Origin: Octopus sinensis
Lineage: Eukaryota
DNA length: 64,000 bases
Reading direction: 5' to 3'
Assembly (NCBI RefSeq): GCF_006345805.1
Contig: NC_043003.1
Span: forward strand, 61,132,001-61,196,000
The position numbers and the translations under genes are program-made. Every line of letters begins with the position of its first letter. The first letter of the stretch is position 1. This document shows, one piece after another, positions 13,514 through 26,797 of the stretch. The notes beneath the pieces were generated by a model. The model saw nothing but the letters and a program-made list of their open reading frames with translations, was not told the DNA's origin and searched no databases.

Positions 13514-14691
13514 ATTTTGATTTTATTCACCTTACTTCGAGCTGTGCGTATAATACCGGACTGACTTGGTGCTTCAACTTAAGTACCTAATTCAACAGAA
13601 TCTCAATCATTTCTTATATATATATTTGTGTGTGTGTGTGTGGTGTGTGTGTGTGTGTGTGTGTGTTTATGTATAACAACATAAGAACAGGTATTATATA
13701 ATCACCTTCATTATCTTATACATATTTCTTGTATAATTTCTAACTGTTTATTGGTAAAGCTATGCCTAAGCGAAACACATACACGTATGATATATATATA
13801 TATATAAACAAATAAAGAAGTTTGATAAATGCCATGTATAAAAGTCTCGTCCTATGAATGCCTTATGGGACTTTACAACTAAATAAAGTATGTGCATAGT
13901 TGATTCAATAAAATAGATTTCTAAAAGAATGCATCTGACTAGGTCTGTTTGAACTTATTTCCTTCAGGATTAGACTACTAATAGTTCAAGTCATAACTAC
14001 AGATATCCCCTGTCCTCCACTTTTCTTTTAAAAGTTTTATTTTTCTTTCTATCAAACTAATCTAAACTGTTAATGCCACTTTTGCTTTTCTAATGAGAAA
14101 TCACTCCATCATTGAAAAAAAAAAGCCTCTTCAACTCTTCTAAAAATTAGTTTTTCTACAATTCCTTAGAACTCGACACTCATTCAATATCATTCATACA
14201 CGTTGTCGACACTACTCAGGACTTCTTAAGCAACATATAAACCTACTTAGGCAAGACATACGCACACATACAAACATATACAAATCATACAGACACTGAC
14301 ACGCTCACTTACACACATATGAACACATATACTCCATACTTTGACATTATCTTCGTTTCAACACCATGGAAGTACTATCAAACTATCAACCCATGAAAAT
14401 AAGTAGATATTATCGTGACAGTTCTTACGCTCTGATTTCGAAAACTCCTGTAGGTATCATGATAAAACAATTGGATGATACTTATATTGAAGTCTATAAG
14501 TAAAATAGCTTATGACTTAAATGTTTATTCATACGTACATATACACACGTATACATGCATACACATACATATAGTCATACACACAAACTTGAGTTCATTC
14601 ATAGTGCAAATGCAATAGACATTACAAGGGGCAGTATGAAAAAAAAGTTTGAAAAATACGATATTAGATTAATGAATTAATGGAAAAGAGG

Positions 14692-14735
14692 AGTCTTGAT
14701 GTTTCGGAAATTAGTCCTTCATCAGAATAAAGACA
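14692..14735 (-). ncRNA. Weak minimal HHR-like motif
   Basis: UU-CUGAUGA(A)-GGA..UCC-GAAACAUC^AA; stem I is only about 2 bp. Confidence 0.4.
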
Positions 14736-16055
14736 TGGAAAACCATAGGGTGAAACAGGAACAGTGGATAAAAGCGGACGAAGTGTTAGAAAACAGCGAG
14801 CATTATGTTCCACACATGCATACATGCCACACTACATACATGTCTATACACACACACACAAACATGCACATGCGCGCGCGCGCACACACACACGCACACA
14901 CAAAAAACACATACACACACACATTCACATACACATATATATATATATATTCATGCATCTTTCTATCTCTGTATTTATGTACGTAAAAATAAGTCTACTC
15001 GGTAAAGACAACTCTTCGCTATTGAGTTACAACGATAAAATTTGAACTCAGCCGATATTTTGCAACTTTTACCGTACTTGTCACATAAATGTCTCGTCTC
15101 AGAAAATCTTACTCAGAATTATGATACTTTGGTGATCCTTTCAGATCATTAAATCTATAGACAACATTACCATAGTCATGCTCTTCTGGATGGTGAAGAT
15201 TTAGCTGCACACTTTGGCTTAGGCATCGTCGAGTGGTTAAAAAGACATCCGTTAAACACTTAAACTGGGTCAGATGTTGAACTTATAAAGAAATTCTTTA
15301 TCTATATCGGTTTTCCTTTCCTCGTATTTGGTTTTATTACGATTCGCTTCAAACCTGTTAGCATCTCTTAGATGCCCCATATATAACTATAATCGTCCAA
15401 AATTTCCTCCAAATGTTGCCTTTTTCTCAGATCAGGTCAATACAGTTCTTTTTTGCTTGACACCTTCTATGATTATCATACATACTAACTTTAATTGATG
15501 AACAAAAGTCACATTGACTTTCTTAGATATATGTAAATTTGCCCATGACACCTTATTGGAAACTGATTAATATTTTTGGAATATGATGTCATGTGGTACA
15601 TCATACAACAAACACAACAGAGGAAATTCATATTTTGAAAATACGACATTTAAATGTTATTTTGCATATTTTTGGAAAAAGAGCGGCAATCGGAGTTTAC
15701 CAGAACACAAACATGAATTAATCTTTTCATCCTTAAGACGCATGTAAATATATATGCGTGTATATATGCGTGTGTATACATATGTATATGTATACACACA
15801 CTCGTATATATATATATATATATATATGCAAATATAAATGTATATATGTATATAGATATATACAAATATAAATTTATACATATATAGATAGATAAATATA
15901 TTTTATTTAATCAACAAAAGTTAGAAAGCAACTCAATGGCTGAGAGTTTGTGTTGGCACATATATACTTATATGCAGACACATACACATATATGCACATA
16001 TACATATATGTATGAAAATGCATATATTCATACCTATGTACATATGTGCGTGTGT

Positions 16056-16362
16056 ATCATTGTTCGACCGTGGTCGAGACAATGGAATTTACTATGTTAC
16101 GCCAGACTTCACGGTCCTTCATAGCATTACGGAGGTCCTGTTGCTGGATGCCTGTATCCCTGGAGATTACATCAGGGTAGGAGAGTGTGCGCCATCTACT
16201 CGCAATACCAGAGGGCTCACACTCTCCTACCCTGATGTAATCTCCAGGGATACAGGCATCCAGCAACAGGACCTCCGTAATGCTATGATGGACCTGAAGT
16301 CTGGCGTAACATAGTAAATTCCATTGTCTCGACCACGGTCGAACAATGATGATGATGATGAT
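16056..16362. mobile_element. Head-to-head pair of RTE-type LINE 3' ends forming a roughly 300-bp palindrome
   Basis: Arms 16056-16189 and 16218-16351, 28-nt loop, two differences between arms. Encodes ...TLSYPDVISRDTGIQQQDLRNAMKDREVWRNIV... and has a (GAT)n tail. Confidence 0.9.
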
Positions 16363-16432
16363 CAATGGGTGTACAAATATATATGTGTGTGTGCGTGTGT
16401 CTGTGTCTGTGTGTGTATTTAAATATATATAC

Positions 16433-16465
<33 letters not shown>

Positions 16466-17176
16466 TCTATGTATGTATGTGTGTATGTATGTATAAGTTT
16501 ATTGACTATACTCCTATAGGTATTTCAATATTTCATTAATGAATAGACCCATTATCTTAAAATCAGATAATGTCAAGAAACGAACCTATTTATAAATTGC
16601 GCATTATGCTTTACATTAAATAACAAATAATTTCGAGTACCACGGAGAAAACTCAAAGAACTAAACTAATTCTCCTACATTAAAAATAGAATGAAAATGA
16701 CTCATCACGCGAATAATATTCAAAATATTTATATTTATGATAGGAAAATGTTAGACACATTCAGCGCCATAAATTAAACGTATGGAGAGTTTCATCATTA
16801 TTTCTGAGTTTACACTGCCTTTAATAGTCGGTTGATGATGGCTGCTTGCCAGAATAATTTTACAGCACAATGACAGGATCATAAGAGATATTATCTCCAG
16901 ACGAACACCGCAGTAAATTTCTGTTTTAATCTATGTATTTATATTATGTATGATACGTAAACGACTAATTTAATGATTTATTCCAATAGTTGTGTTCCAT
17001 ACAACAGATTTGTTTCAACTATGTGACTGTTCGCAACGTAAGTGAGTGTTTATTCATTGTTTTCTATATACTGGTGACATCAGATTTGGTCTAAGCAGCT
17101 GTTGACAATGTGCAAGGAGGTAGAAATGCATCAGGTGTTTTCACAGGATGCTCTGTGACGATTTCCGTCCCTTTAC

Positions 17177-17252
17177 CTTGTATACTGCATTTTTAAATAC
17201 AACACGTTCATAAAAGATGTTATCTCCGGAACCATGTATTTGCAAAAACTCA
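17177..17252 (-). CDS. Candidate coding exon (x-EFLQIHGSGDNIFYERVVFKNAVYK)
   Basis: Acceptor TTGTTTTTGTGTCTTTAG, donor AAG|GTAAAG, open frame, phase 2 to phase 0, in frame with exon 1548-1310. Confidence 0.4.
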
Positions 17253-18209
17253 CTAAAGACACAAAAACAATATCCATTTCTGCTTTTATCATTTAATTGT
17301 TATAGTATCATATATTATATATTACAGGCCCGCAGCAATTCTACGACCTGGTCATGGTTAGTTTCCTTCTCTGTTTTACTTAAAATCAATAACTTGACAA
17401 ATCTATACGTTCATTGCTTGGTTGCTTGGATTAACTTTCTTCTGTATTTCTTTTATTCTATTCCTCTCTACTGCTGTTGCTCTCATATTTTGTCGTACAC
17501 AAGATATAATTTATGCTATCCTGGCGTATTTTACTTTCATTTATGATCTGGATATATACACGAGAAGGTAACGTTTATGGTTCTCTGAAGAGTTCATAAT
17601 AAAGCTGAGGCATGTACGACGTTCACTTCTGTATTTACCGGAAAATTGAAAAGAATACTAGCCATTGTCAATATTTCTTATTCCATGCTGCTTATTTATT
17701 TCTAACATGAAGTGCCCCCTATCGGCCAGTTAAAACAAGGGACATAATCATTACTTTATCATATTTGGCAGGATTAGAAGTTTGAATTTGAAATAAAGGA
17801 ATAAGGGAAAAGATACAGAGACCATACATATTTGTCTAGTACGAAGTTCCTAAAATTTCTAGACAGTGGTAAATGATCCATGTAGTAAATATATTACTTC
17901 TAAGCTTTTGCTTTGCACTTATTTATTGCCATGATTGCAAATATACTATCATTTATTTTTACTGGATGATATCCTTATTGTTTCGGTAAGTAGGTAGTCG
18001 GCTATATTTCGTTTATTGAAACATTTAAAATACAGGTCTACTTAAGATGGTGAGCTCGCAGAATCTTTACAACGTTGGGCAAAATGCTTGGCCACAGCTC
18101 GTGAGCTGAAACTAGATAAAACGAAATGAAAAATAACAGTTATGTTTGCTCAGTATACGTCAAATCAAAATGGCGAAAAATTTGAATTAATAGAATTGAG
18201 ACACTTAAA

Positions 18210-18261
18210 GCTGTCTTTTGTATTCGGCAATTTCCGCTGTCTTTTGTATTCGGCAATTTCC
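18210..18261. repeat. Perfect 26-bp tandem duplication
   Basis: GCTGTCTTTTGTATTCGGCAATTTCC x2. Confidence 0.95.
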
Positions 18262-18512
18262 GCCGTTTCACAAAAGTCTATTTGAATTATTGCTGACGTT
18301 GCTTTAGTTTAATCCCAATATACAAAGGATCATGATTTGTTTGTAGATCTGAGGGACTAATGCAAAGATTGTCTGATTGGCTCATATATTAATTAATGTT
18401 TAATGACAATAAATGTATACCGTATCACGTGGCATTACAGTTGCTATGGTATATTCATCATACATAATATAACACACTATTGTAGCAAAATAATTGGTTT
18501 ATTGTTCCTTAC

Positions 18513-18533
18513 CTTTTTAACGAACGATGCCAT
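18513..18533 (-). CDS. Probable start-codon segment (MASFVKK) of the Rab-binding-domain gene, within exon 18664-18513
   Basis: Acceptor CAATATTTTCTTTCAG, ATG in context GCAAAATGG, donor AAG|GTAAGG. Phase 0 joins 1548 to give MASFVKKVFGFGRGKD... The upstream part of the exon is closed in all frames (5' UTR). Confidence 0.55.
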
Positions 18534-18860
18534 TTTGCCGTGTGTTGCCTCATAAATAATCGGAAAGCGTTTTGGGAATTAATTGAAACGTATCGACAGA
18601 TTCTGTGATTTCGACTTCATGTCACTTCATTTTTCTGATTCAAAATATATCAAGTTGCGTCAATCTGAAAGAAAATATTGAGGTGTAAGAATTAGACATA
18701 CATACATACATACATATATACATATGTGTGTGTGTGCGCGCGCATGTGTGTGGGTGTTCAAATTCATAAAGTAATTTATAATCAGATTTTGTTATTACTT
18801 TGAAAGACTCCACCATCTATAAGTGCACATGACCTAATGCTTACATACACTCAACTAAAT

Positions 18861-18954
<94 letters not shown>

Positions 18955-18993
18955 CATGTATGTATAAGGAGGAAAAGGAACACACGAGTTGAT

Positions 18994-19890
18994 ATATATG
19001 GAAAAAAAGTCAAGATAGAAAATGCTAAAATAATTTTATAAAGAACATTTCAGTACCGGTTCCAGTCATTGAGACTTTTTCAACTGTAACAATTAAATAA
19101 TTAAATTTAGAAAATTTAAAAGAAAAGTTTTTTTAAAAGAAAATTTCTATAGTGTTCAAATACAAGTGGCATTTTCCTTGTTTCTGCCTGTCTCTGTCTC
19201 TCTTGTTTACTCTTGTGGGTTCGAGATTGTTGTGAATTCTTGGTAGGGAAGAAGAAGAAAAAGAGGAAGGGGGGAGAAGGGGAAGAAGAAGGAGGAGGAG
19301 GAGGAGGAGGTGAAGAAGAAGAAGAAGAAGAAGAAGAAGAAGAAGAAGAAGAAGAATCTGGGAGTGTCATGATAGTATTTTGAATGGTCAGTGGATGGAA
19401 TCAGTCCCTGTTCAATTCATGAAAATATTTCTTTTGAATGTTTTGTTTATAGAACTTGCGTAGGTGTTATTCTAATAGAATAACACCTACGCAAATTCTA
19501 TAAACAAAACATTCAAAAGAAATATTTTCATGAATTGAACAGGGACTGCTACCATCCACTGACCATTCAAAATACTACTATCATGGCATCCCAAATTCTT
19601 CATCTCCTTTTTCCCCTTCTCCTCCTTCTTCTTCTTCTTTTTCTCCTTCTTCTTCCCTACCAAGTATTCACAACGACCTCGGACCCACAAGAGTAAACAA
19701 GAGAAACAAGGAAAATGTCACTTGTATTTGAACAATATACAAATATTCCTTTAAAAAAACTTTTCTTTTAATTTTTCTAAATTTAATTATTTAATTGTTA
19801 CAGTTGAAAAAGTCTCAATGACTGAAACCGGTAATAAATTTTTTTATAAAATTCTTTTAGCATTTTCTATCTTGACTTTTTTCAATATAT
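18994..19890. mobile_element. About 900-bp fold-back of two inverted PLE pLTR-like arms with a 1-nt loop at 19475
   Basis: Arms are reverse complements throughout, with a (GAA)n expansion in the left arm. A variant HHR-like motif occurs at 19051-19086 (-) and 19801-19833 (+). Confidence 0.85.
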
Positions 19891-19933
19891 GGCCACAGCT
19901 CATAAGCTGAAACTAGAATCAATCAATCAATCA

Positions 19934-20102
<169 letters not shown>

Positions 20103-20110
20103 TATATATA

Positions 20111-20170
<60 letters not shown>

Positions 20171-20178
20171 TATATATA

Positions 20179-20897
<719 letters not shown>

Positions 20898-20911
20898 TAT
20901 ATATTATATAT

Positions 20912-20950
<39 letters not shown>

Positions 20951-20953
<3 letters not shown>

Positions 20954-22150
20954 TTGGGTACAGAAATTCAGGGTGAGTACTTGATAATTGTAAGCACCTG
21001 TATATACCGTTTGGTGGTGTAGGTGGTAGAGTAAATTAATCAAAATAAAAACATGATGCCAAGGATTCAGCGGTACATATGTTTCGGGCCTTTATTAGAC
21101 GGATTTATAACAATGCATAATGTGTGTCTATGGCCTTCTTCAGCCGCGCACAACTACTACCTCAAGGACATGTATTACATCAAAAATTCTACGTTGGGGA
21201 TGCAAATCCTCTCATTCGCGTACAACATAATGCGGCAACAGCATAAAAATGAAGTGTCCATCTCGTCCTTCTCTCAATGCAGAATGAGGAAGTTTGGATG
21301 TTGAGGTAATATAAATAAATGAATAAATAAATATATACATATATAAATACAGACAGACGTGAAGGAACCTGGTAATAAGAGCAAATAGGGATAAAGATGG
21401 AGGGGCGAGAATTCAGGACGAAGGATAAAAAAATATATAAAAAGTGTAAGTATAGAAAAATATAAAAATGTAGAGTATAAAGATATAAAGAGATATAAAA
21501 TAAATATATATAAAAAATATAAATGAATATAAGGTATAAAGTTATAAAAAAATTAAAAAAATTAAAAAATTAAAAAATAAAATAATAAAAAAATTTTAAA
21601 AATTTAAAAATAAAAAGATTATTAGAAGTATAAAGGGTATAAGAGTGTAGGAATGTAAAAGAATATAAGGATAAGGGATATATAGTAGTTACGGACCAAA
21701 CATGGTGGTCAGGAAAATGACAAATTCTGGTTGTAGAAGCCTTGGGTGTCATAAATCAACCGGGGCGTCTGGGGACCTAGTGTATTGTAAATTAGAGTTG
21801 TTGAGCCGCTTATCTAGTTCTTCGTAACGTATTAAGTGGTCATCATGTACATACGTACACGCCTGGATACATACACCCATATACACGCGCACATATACGC
21901 ACGCATACGCAACTACACGCATACAAGCATACATACGTACTCTTGTGTGAACATATACAGATATATATGAAAAGAGGCGCATGTAGTTGGGTACAATTTT
22001 TGATGTAATACATGTCCTTGAGGTAGTAGTTGTGCGCGGCTGAAGAAGGCCATAGACACACATTATGCATTGTTATAAATCCGTCTAATAAAGGCCCGAA
22101 ACATATGTACCGCTGAATCCTTGGCATCATGTTTTTATTTTGATTAATTT
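20951..22150 (-). mobile_element. PLE 3' fragment with an inverted partial pLTR; two HHRs (21070-21147 minus, 22036-22113 plus)
   Basis: 156-bp arms 21033-21188 and 21995-22150 are identical reverse complements; pyrimidine-rich UTR on the minus strand; (TA)n on both flanks. Confidence 0.85.
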
Positions 22151-22170
22151 ATATATATATATATGTATAT

Positions 22171-22201
<31 letters not shown>

Positions 22202-22316
22202 TATATATGTATGTATGTCTATATGTATGTACACGCACACACGCGAGTGTACACAGAGTAACACAATGAAAAGTGTATTGAGTGCAAGAAACCGAGTAAA
22301 AAATGTTAAAGTTTAC

Positions 22317-22441
22317 TATTTTAGAAATACTTCAACTCTCTCGATGAAGAGATATTCGTTATATGCTGTATCGACCACGAATATTTCCATTCCTAACAGC
22401 AATACATGTAACGTCAGAATAACGAATTTCATACCATTCAT
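22317..22441 (-). CDS. Candidate first coding exon with a signal-peptide-like N-terminus (MNGMKFVILTLHVLLLGMEIFVVDTAYNEYLFIERVEVFLK)
   Basis: Acceptor before 22537, ATG at 22441 with A at -3, phase-2 donor ATA|GTAAAC, in frame with 17252-17177. Shows motif similarity to the 46991-46769 candidate exon. Confidence 0.4.
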
Positions 22442-22642
22442 GATTCCTTTGGTGTTAGCATCAGCAGTTACGACGAGCCTATTGTATGCGATCTTGTATG
22501 ATACACCGAAGGTAGATCAACATCAAAATTCAAAACTCTGAGTATAGGATGCGCATGGAGTATAACATATAGACTCTCATACAATAGATGCATGAAATAT
22601 TTAATTAACACACTTAGCTAGTTCGCCTTCAGTGTTACAACG

Positions 22643-22879
22643 ACCTATTTCTTTACTAACCACAAGGGGCTAAACACAGAGGGGACAAACAAGGACAGAC
22701 ATTAGGTATTAAGTCGATTACATCGACCCCAGTGCGTAACTGGTACTTAATTTATCGACCCCGAAAAGATGAAAGGCAAAGTCGACCTCGGCGGAATTTG
22801 AACTCACAACGTAACGGCAGACGAAATACCGCTAAGCATTTCGCCCGGCGCGCTAACGTTTCTGCCAGCTCGCCGCCTT
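22643..22879 (-). mobile_element. SINE family B, full length with TSD
   Basis: TSD CAGTGTTACAAC at 22630-22641 and 22880-22891. Confidence 0.93.
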
Positions 22880-23039
22880 CAGTGTTACAACTACCACCGA
22901 CGTACTTAACGTCCATGACATTAGACATAACGACCAGAACTTATGACATCCAGTTCATCCGTTTATCCTAAACAACCATGCTTGTTTTCAGACATGTACT
23001 AAGCCCTTGTTTCATACGTTCTGAATAATATAACTGGCG

Positions 23040-23345
23040 TTCCGTCGCTTACGATGCAATGCGACCAAGGGAAAAAGCCTTCTCGTGAAATTAACGTGCA
23101 AGTGGCTGAATAATCCACAGACACGCGTATCCTTAATGTCGTTCCCAGGGAGATACAGCATGATATAGAATGTGATAAGGCTGGCCCGTTTAATAAATAT
23201 GTACTATTCATTTTTGCCAGCAGAGTGGACTAGAGCTACGTGAAATAAAGCGCGTTGTACATGGACAACGCGCCGGCTGGAATCGAACTCGCGACCTTAC
23301 GATCGTGAGCCGAATACGCAAACCAATTAGTCATGCGCCTTCACT
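23040..23345 (-). mobile_element. SINE family C
   Basis: tRNA-like head GGTCGCGAGTTCGATTCC; body matches 45840-46155. Confidence 0.8.
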
Positions 23346-23454
23346 CTGAATAATATAAGGTTGTTCTTTCACACGTCCTAAGTTTCTCTGGTAGTCACAA
23401 AAAATGCGAATGTGTATCATATACGATACATGGGCGCCAATGATATATGTCCTA

Positions 23455-23700
23455 CGCATCACGTGTGATACACAAAATAGACGACGGGCTAAAACTAAAC
23501 AGCAAATGCAATATATTTTATGGTTTCCATATTAGCCGACAGACAAGATATTTTCGCTTCGTAAATAATTGTTTCCGTTAATTTTTTTCCTATAAAGTGG
23601 GCGGCTTTTTTTTTTTTTTTTGTCCTGGATATCGTTTTAGCTGGCTCTGAGATGATCATTCGCCATTTTGCTCTGTCGATATTTTTCACGAAGCTGCGCT
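23455..23700. promoter_or_regulatory. Candidate promoter region
   Basis: Non-repetitive and CpG-enriched, with CACGTG (23460), GGGCGG (23599) and the YY1-type motif CAAAATGGCG on the minus strand (23661-23670). Motif evidence only. Confidence 0.3.
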
Positions 23701-24539
23701 ACTGTTGTTTAGTTTTATGCAAACTCTAATGAGCAGATACTCAGGAAAAATATTTAAAATGCTACCATAACAAATTACTACCATAACAAATCTATAATAA
23801 TACGACAGCGAAACAGAGACTGATTGATTTGCCGGATATAAACAAATAAAATTAATCCGAAGATTACAGAATTTCGTTTCGCAGAACCGATCCCCAATGA
23901 TGTTTACGTTAGCATTAAAAATATTTTCTGATATGTTAGCTAACGAATTTCCTCTAGCAACAAATGTAAAATAATGTCACATTAGTCAACCTTAACAGTA
24001 TCATGTGTATATGTGTTTGCATATGAGAGAGGGAGAGAGAATAAGACAGGCAGAGAAAGAAAGAGAAATGATATATCGTGATGTGAAAGTTCATATTCAG
24101 AAGGTATGGATAGTCATTAGAAGGTCTGCATAATCCAAACGCTCCGTGCTACAAATGGCATCACCATTATTCTCAAGCATGGCATCATGGAATATTAACA
24201 AGAAATCTATTGAGAAACTCGTGCAGAATCCCATCAGCACATCCATTCATGAAATATTATATAGTAAGCTAATGATTGACGCTGACTGTAGACCAGTCAA
24301 AGGGTGTCAATGAGTGTTAAAACCAAGTAGGGAAAATTGAAGATATAATTATACAAGGAATTCAAGGTGGTCTTCGAGTAAAATATATGCTACTAAAAGA
24401 CCTTAACTCACAAGTACTAAATGCTTCTCTGTATTTATGTAATAGTGCTCACCAAAACATACACAAACACAGACACACAGACACACACACACGCACACAC
24501 ATATATCTGTATATATAATATGTATGTACGCCATTATTC

Positions 24540-24663
24540 AGTTTCATTTCAAGATTTCTTGCCAATAGAGAAAGATTCGGTTTCTAATATAGAACCAAGG
24601 CTACTTTAATGGAATTTCAACATCAACAACAGGGTATTTTTGTATGTATGTATGTGTGTGTGT

Positions 24664-24758
<95 letters not shown>

Positions 24759-24810
24759 TCTATTTTGTTTTATGTATGACTTTTCATGCATATAACGTAG
24801 AAAACTTAGA
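24540..24810 (-). mobile_element. 3' UTR of an R4/Dong-type LINE with an internal (CA)n/(CATA)n tract
   Basis: Homologous to 52340-52590, which directly follows the restriction-like-endonuclease LINE ORF end. Confidence 0.7.
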
Positions 24811-24877
24811 TTCGTTTCGGCTATTATCGGCCCAGGCCATGACTAACTCAATAGCACCAACTGGAAAAGCCTTTAAA

Positions 24878-25210
24878 TTAATTATTTCGGGATACCATGG
24901 ACCACTGAAGCAGATGGTTGTTGGCTGAGACGTATCCTGGTTTAGGTGGTTTATCCGGTACTTCCTGATGAAATTTGTCCATGTACCGTTTGAAGGTGAT
25001 GGAGTCTTTTTCTACTTTAATTTCTTTCGGGATAATATTGAAAAGAGCAGGACCTTTTGCAGTGAAGAAATTGTGTCGCGATCTTCTTATGTGATGTGAT
25101 CTCGACCTTTGTAGTGGACGCAGTACACGGGAGCCTAGTCTTGAGTGAATTGTAAACATAATACCGATATCATTTCGATAATATTGGTGGAGGTGCAAAT
25201 AATGTATCAC
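24878..25210 (-). mobile_element. CR1/L2-type LINE ORF2 C-terminal fragment
   Basis: GPALFNIIPKEIK...FKRYMDKF...VPDKPPKPGY...NHLLQW motif. Confidence 0.75.
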
Positions 25211-25329
25211 TCACGGCGGCGTTGCAGAGAATAGAGTTTCAGCTGTTTAAGTCGACTGCAATAATCGAGTCTCGTCATGCCATTTATTTTTTTAGTGATT
25301 GATTTTTGTGGCGCTTCGATCCTCATTAT

Positions 25330-25640
25330 TCTTTCTTTTTCGTTTATTTGCTTCAGTCATTTGACTGCGGCCATGCTGGAGCACCGCCGATAGTCGAGCA
25401 AATCGACCCCAGGACTAATTCTTTGTAAGCTTAGTAATCTTTTGCCGAACCATTAAGTTACGGGGACGTAAACACACCAGCATCGGTTGTCAAGCGATGT
25501 TTGGGGGACAAACTCAAACACACAAACATAGATACACACACATATATACATATATACGACGCGCTTCTTTCAGTTTCCGTCTACGAAATCCACTCACAAG
25601 GCTTGGTCTGCTCGAGGCTATAATAGAAGACACTTGCCCA
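25330..25640 (-). mobile_element. SINE family A, 5'-truncated
   Basis: Sequence match to the family. Confidence 0.9.
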
Positions 25641-25759
25641 GTGATATATGTATATATATATATATATTATATATATTATATATATATATATATATATCAC
25701 TGTTTGAGTTGCTTAATAGTGGTTTTATCTCTATTCATATTATATATATATATTATATA

Positions 25760-26119
25760 TATACAACTTATAAACAAGGACAAAAGAAAAAAATTCTAAT
25801 GCCAACTATGCCGAAAATAGACAAATCGTCAATAACCATATAATTTACCACTATAAGCAAGCGTCTCGAAGCAAGCCGACAGAAATGTCTAAAAAATTCC
25901 GTTATTATCGTATCGGTCCCAACTTCTGAGTTAATTCATAAAAATGTTCTCCTCGTCAGCGATAAATACGCTAAGAAATAAATTAAATACTTACTTATGC
26001 CCATGGAAGAAGCAAACACTCAGTCATGAGCACACCTAAGGACCCCAAAGGTATTTTTTAATATGCTGGCCATTGATAGAATTTTTTTTCCGAAAAATGT
26101 TATCCTATATTAGATGTAG

Positions 26120-26125
<6 letters not shown>
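25760..26125 (-). mobile_element. Older single-arm relative of the 50.3-51.1 kb PLE fold-back, with a decayed HHR at 25905-25965
   Basis: Colinear similarity to 50297-50560 and 51015-51095; flanked by (TA)n. Confidence 0.75.
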
Positions 26126-26182
<57 letters not shown>

Positions 26183-26197
26183 ATATATATATAATAT

Positions 26198-26279
<82 letters not shown>

Positions 26280-26763
26280 TAGGGGATATAGCTCCAAACG
26301 TACAGGGAAGAATTCAATTTAGTATTAAATGAAATTTCACTATATAAATATATAAAATATATTTTATTTGTTATTTATGTTTATGTCTATCACTGTTTGA
26401 GTTGCATAATAGTGGTTTTATCTCTAATTTATATTGTATATATATATATATATATATATATGTGTGCATGTATATATACACGTGTATGTATATATATATA
26501 TCTGTGTGTGTGTACATATGACTACTTTTATAATTATGAGTAAATATATATGCATTCATACACACACACATATATATATATAAATATATCTACACATACA
26601 TGCATACATACATGAACACGCGTTCACACACGTGCGCGCACGCACACATGTAAAAATGTACATAAGCCTTTAAAAACACACAAAGACAAATAAACGCATA
26701 CATGTATATACAATGATACGTATACATATATGTAGAAATATAGGCGTACATATAAATTATTTG

Positions 26764-26797
<34 letters not shown>

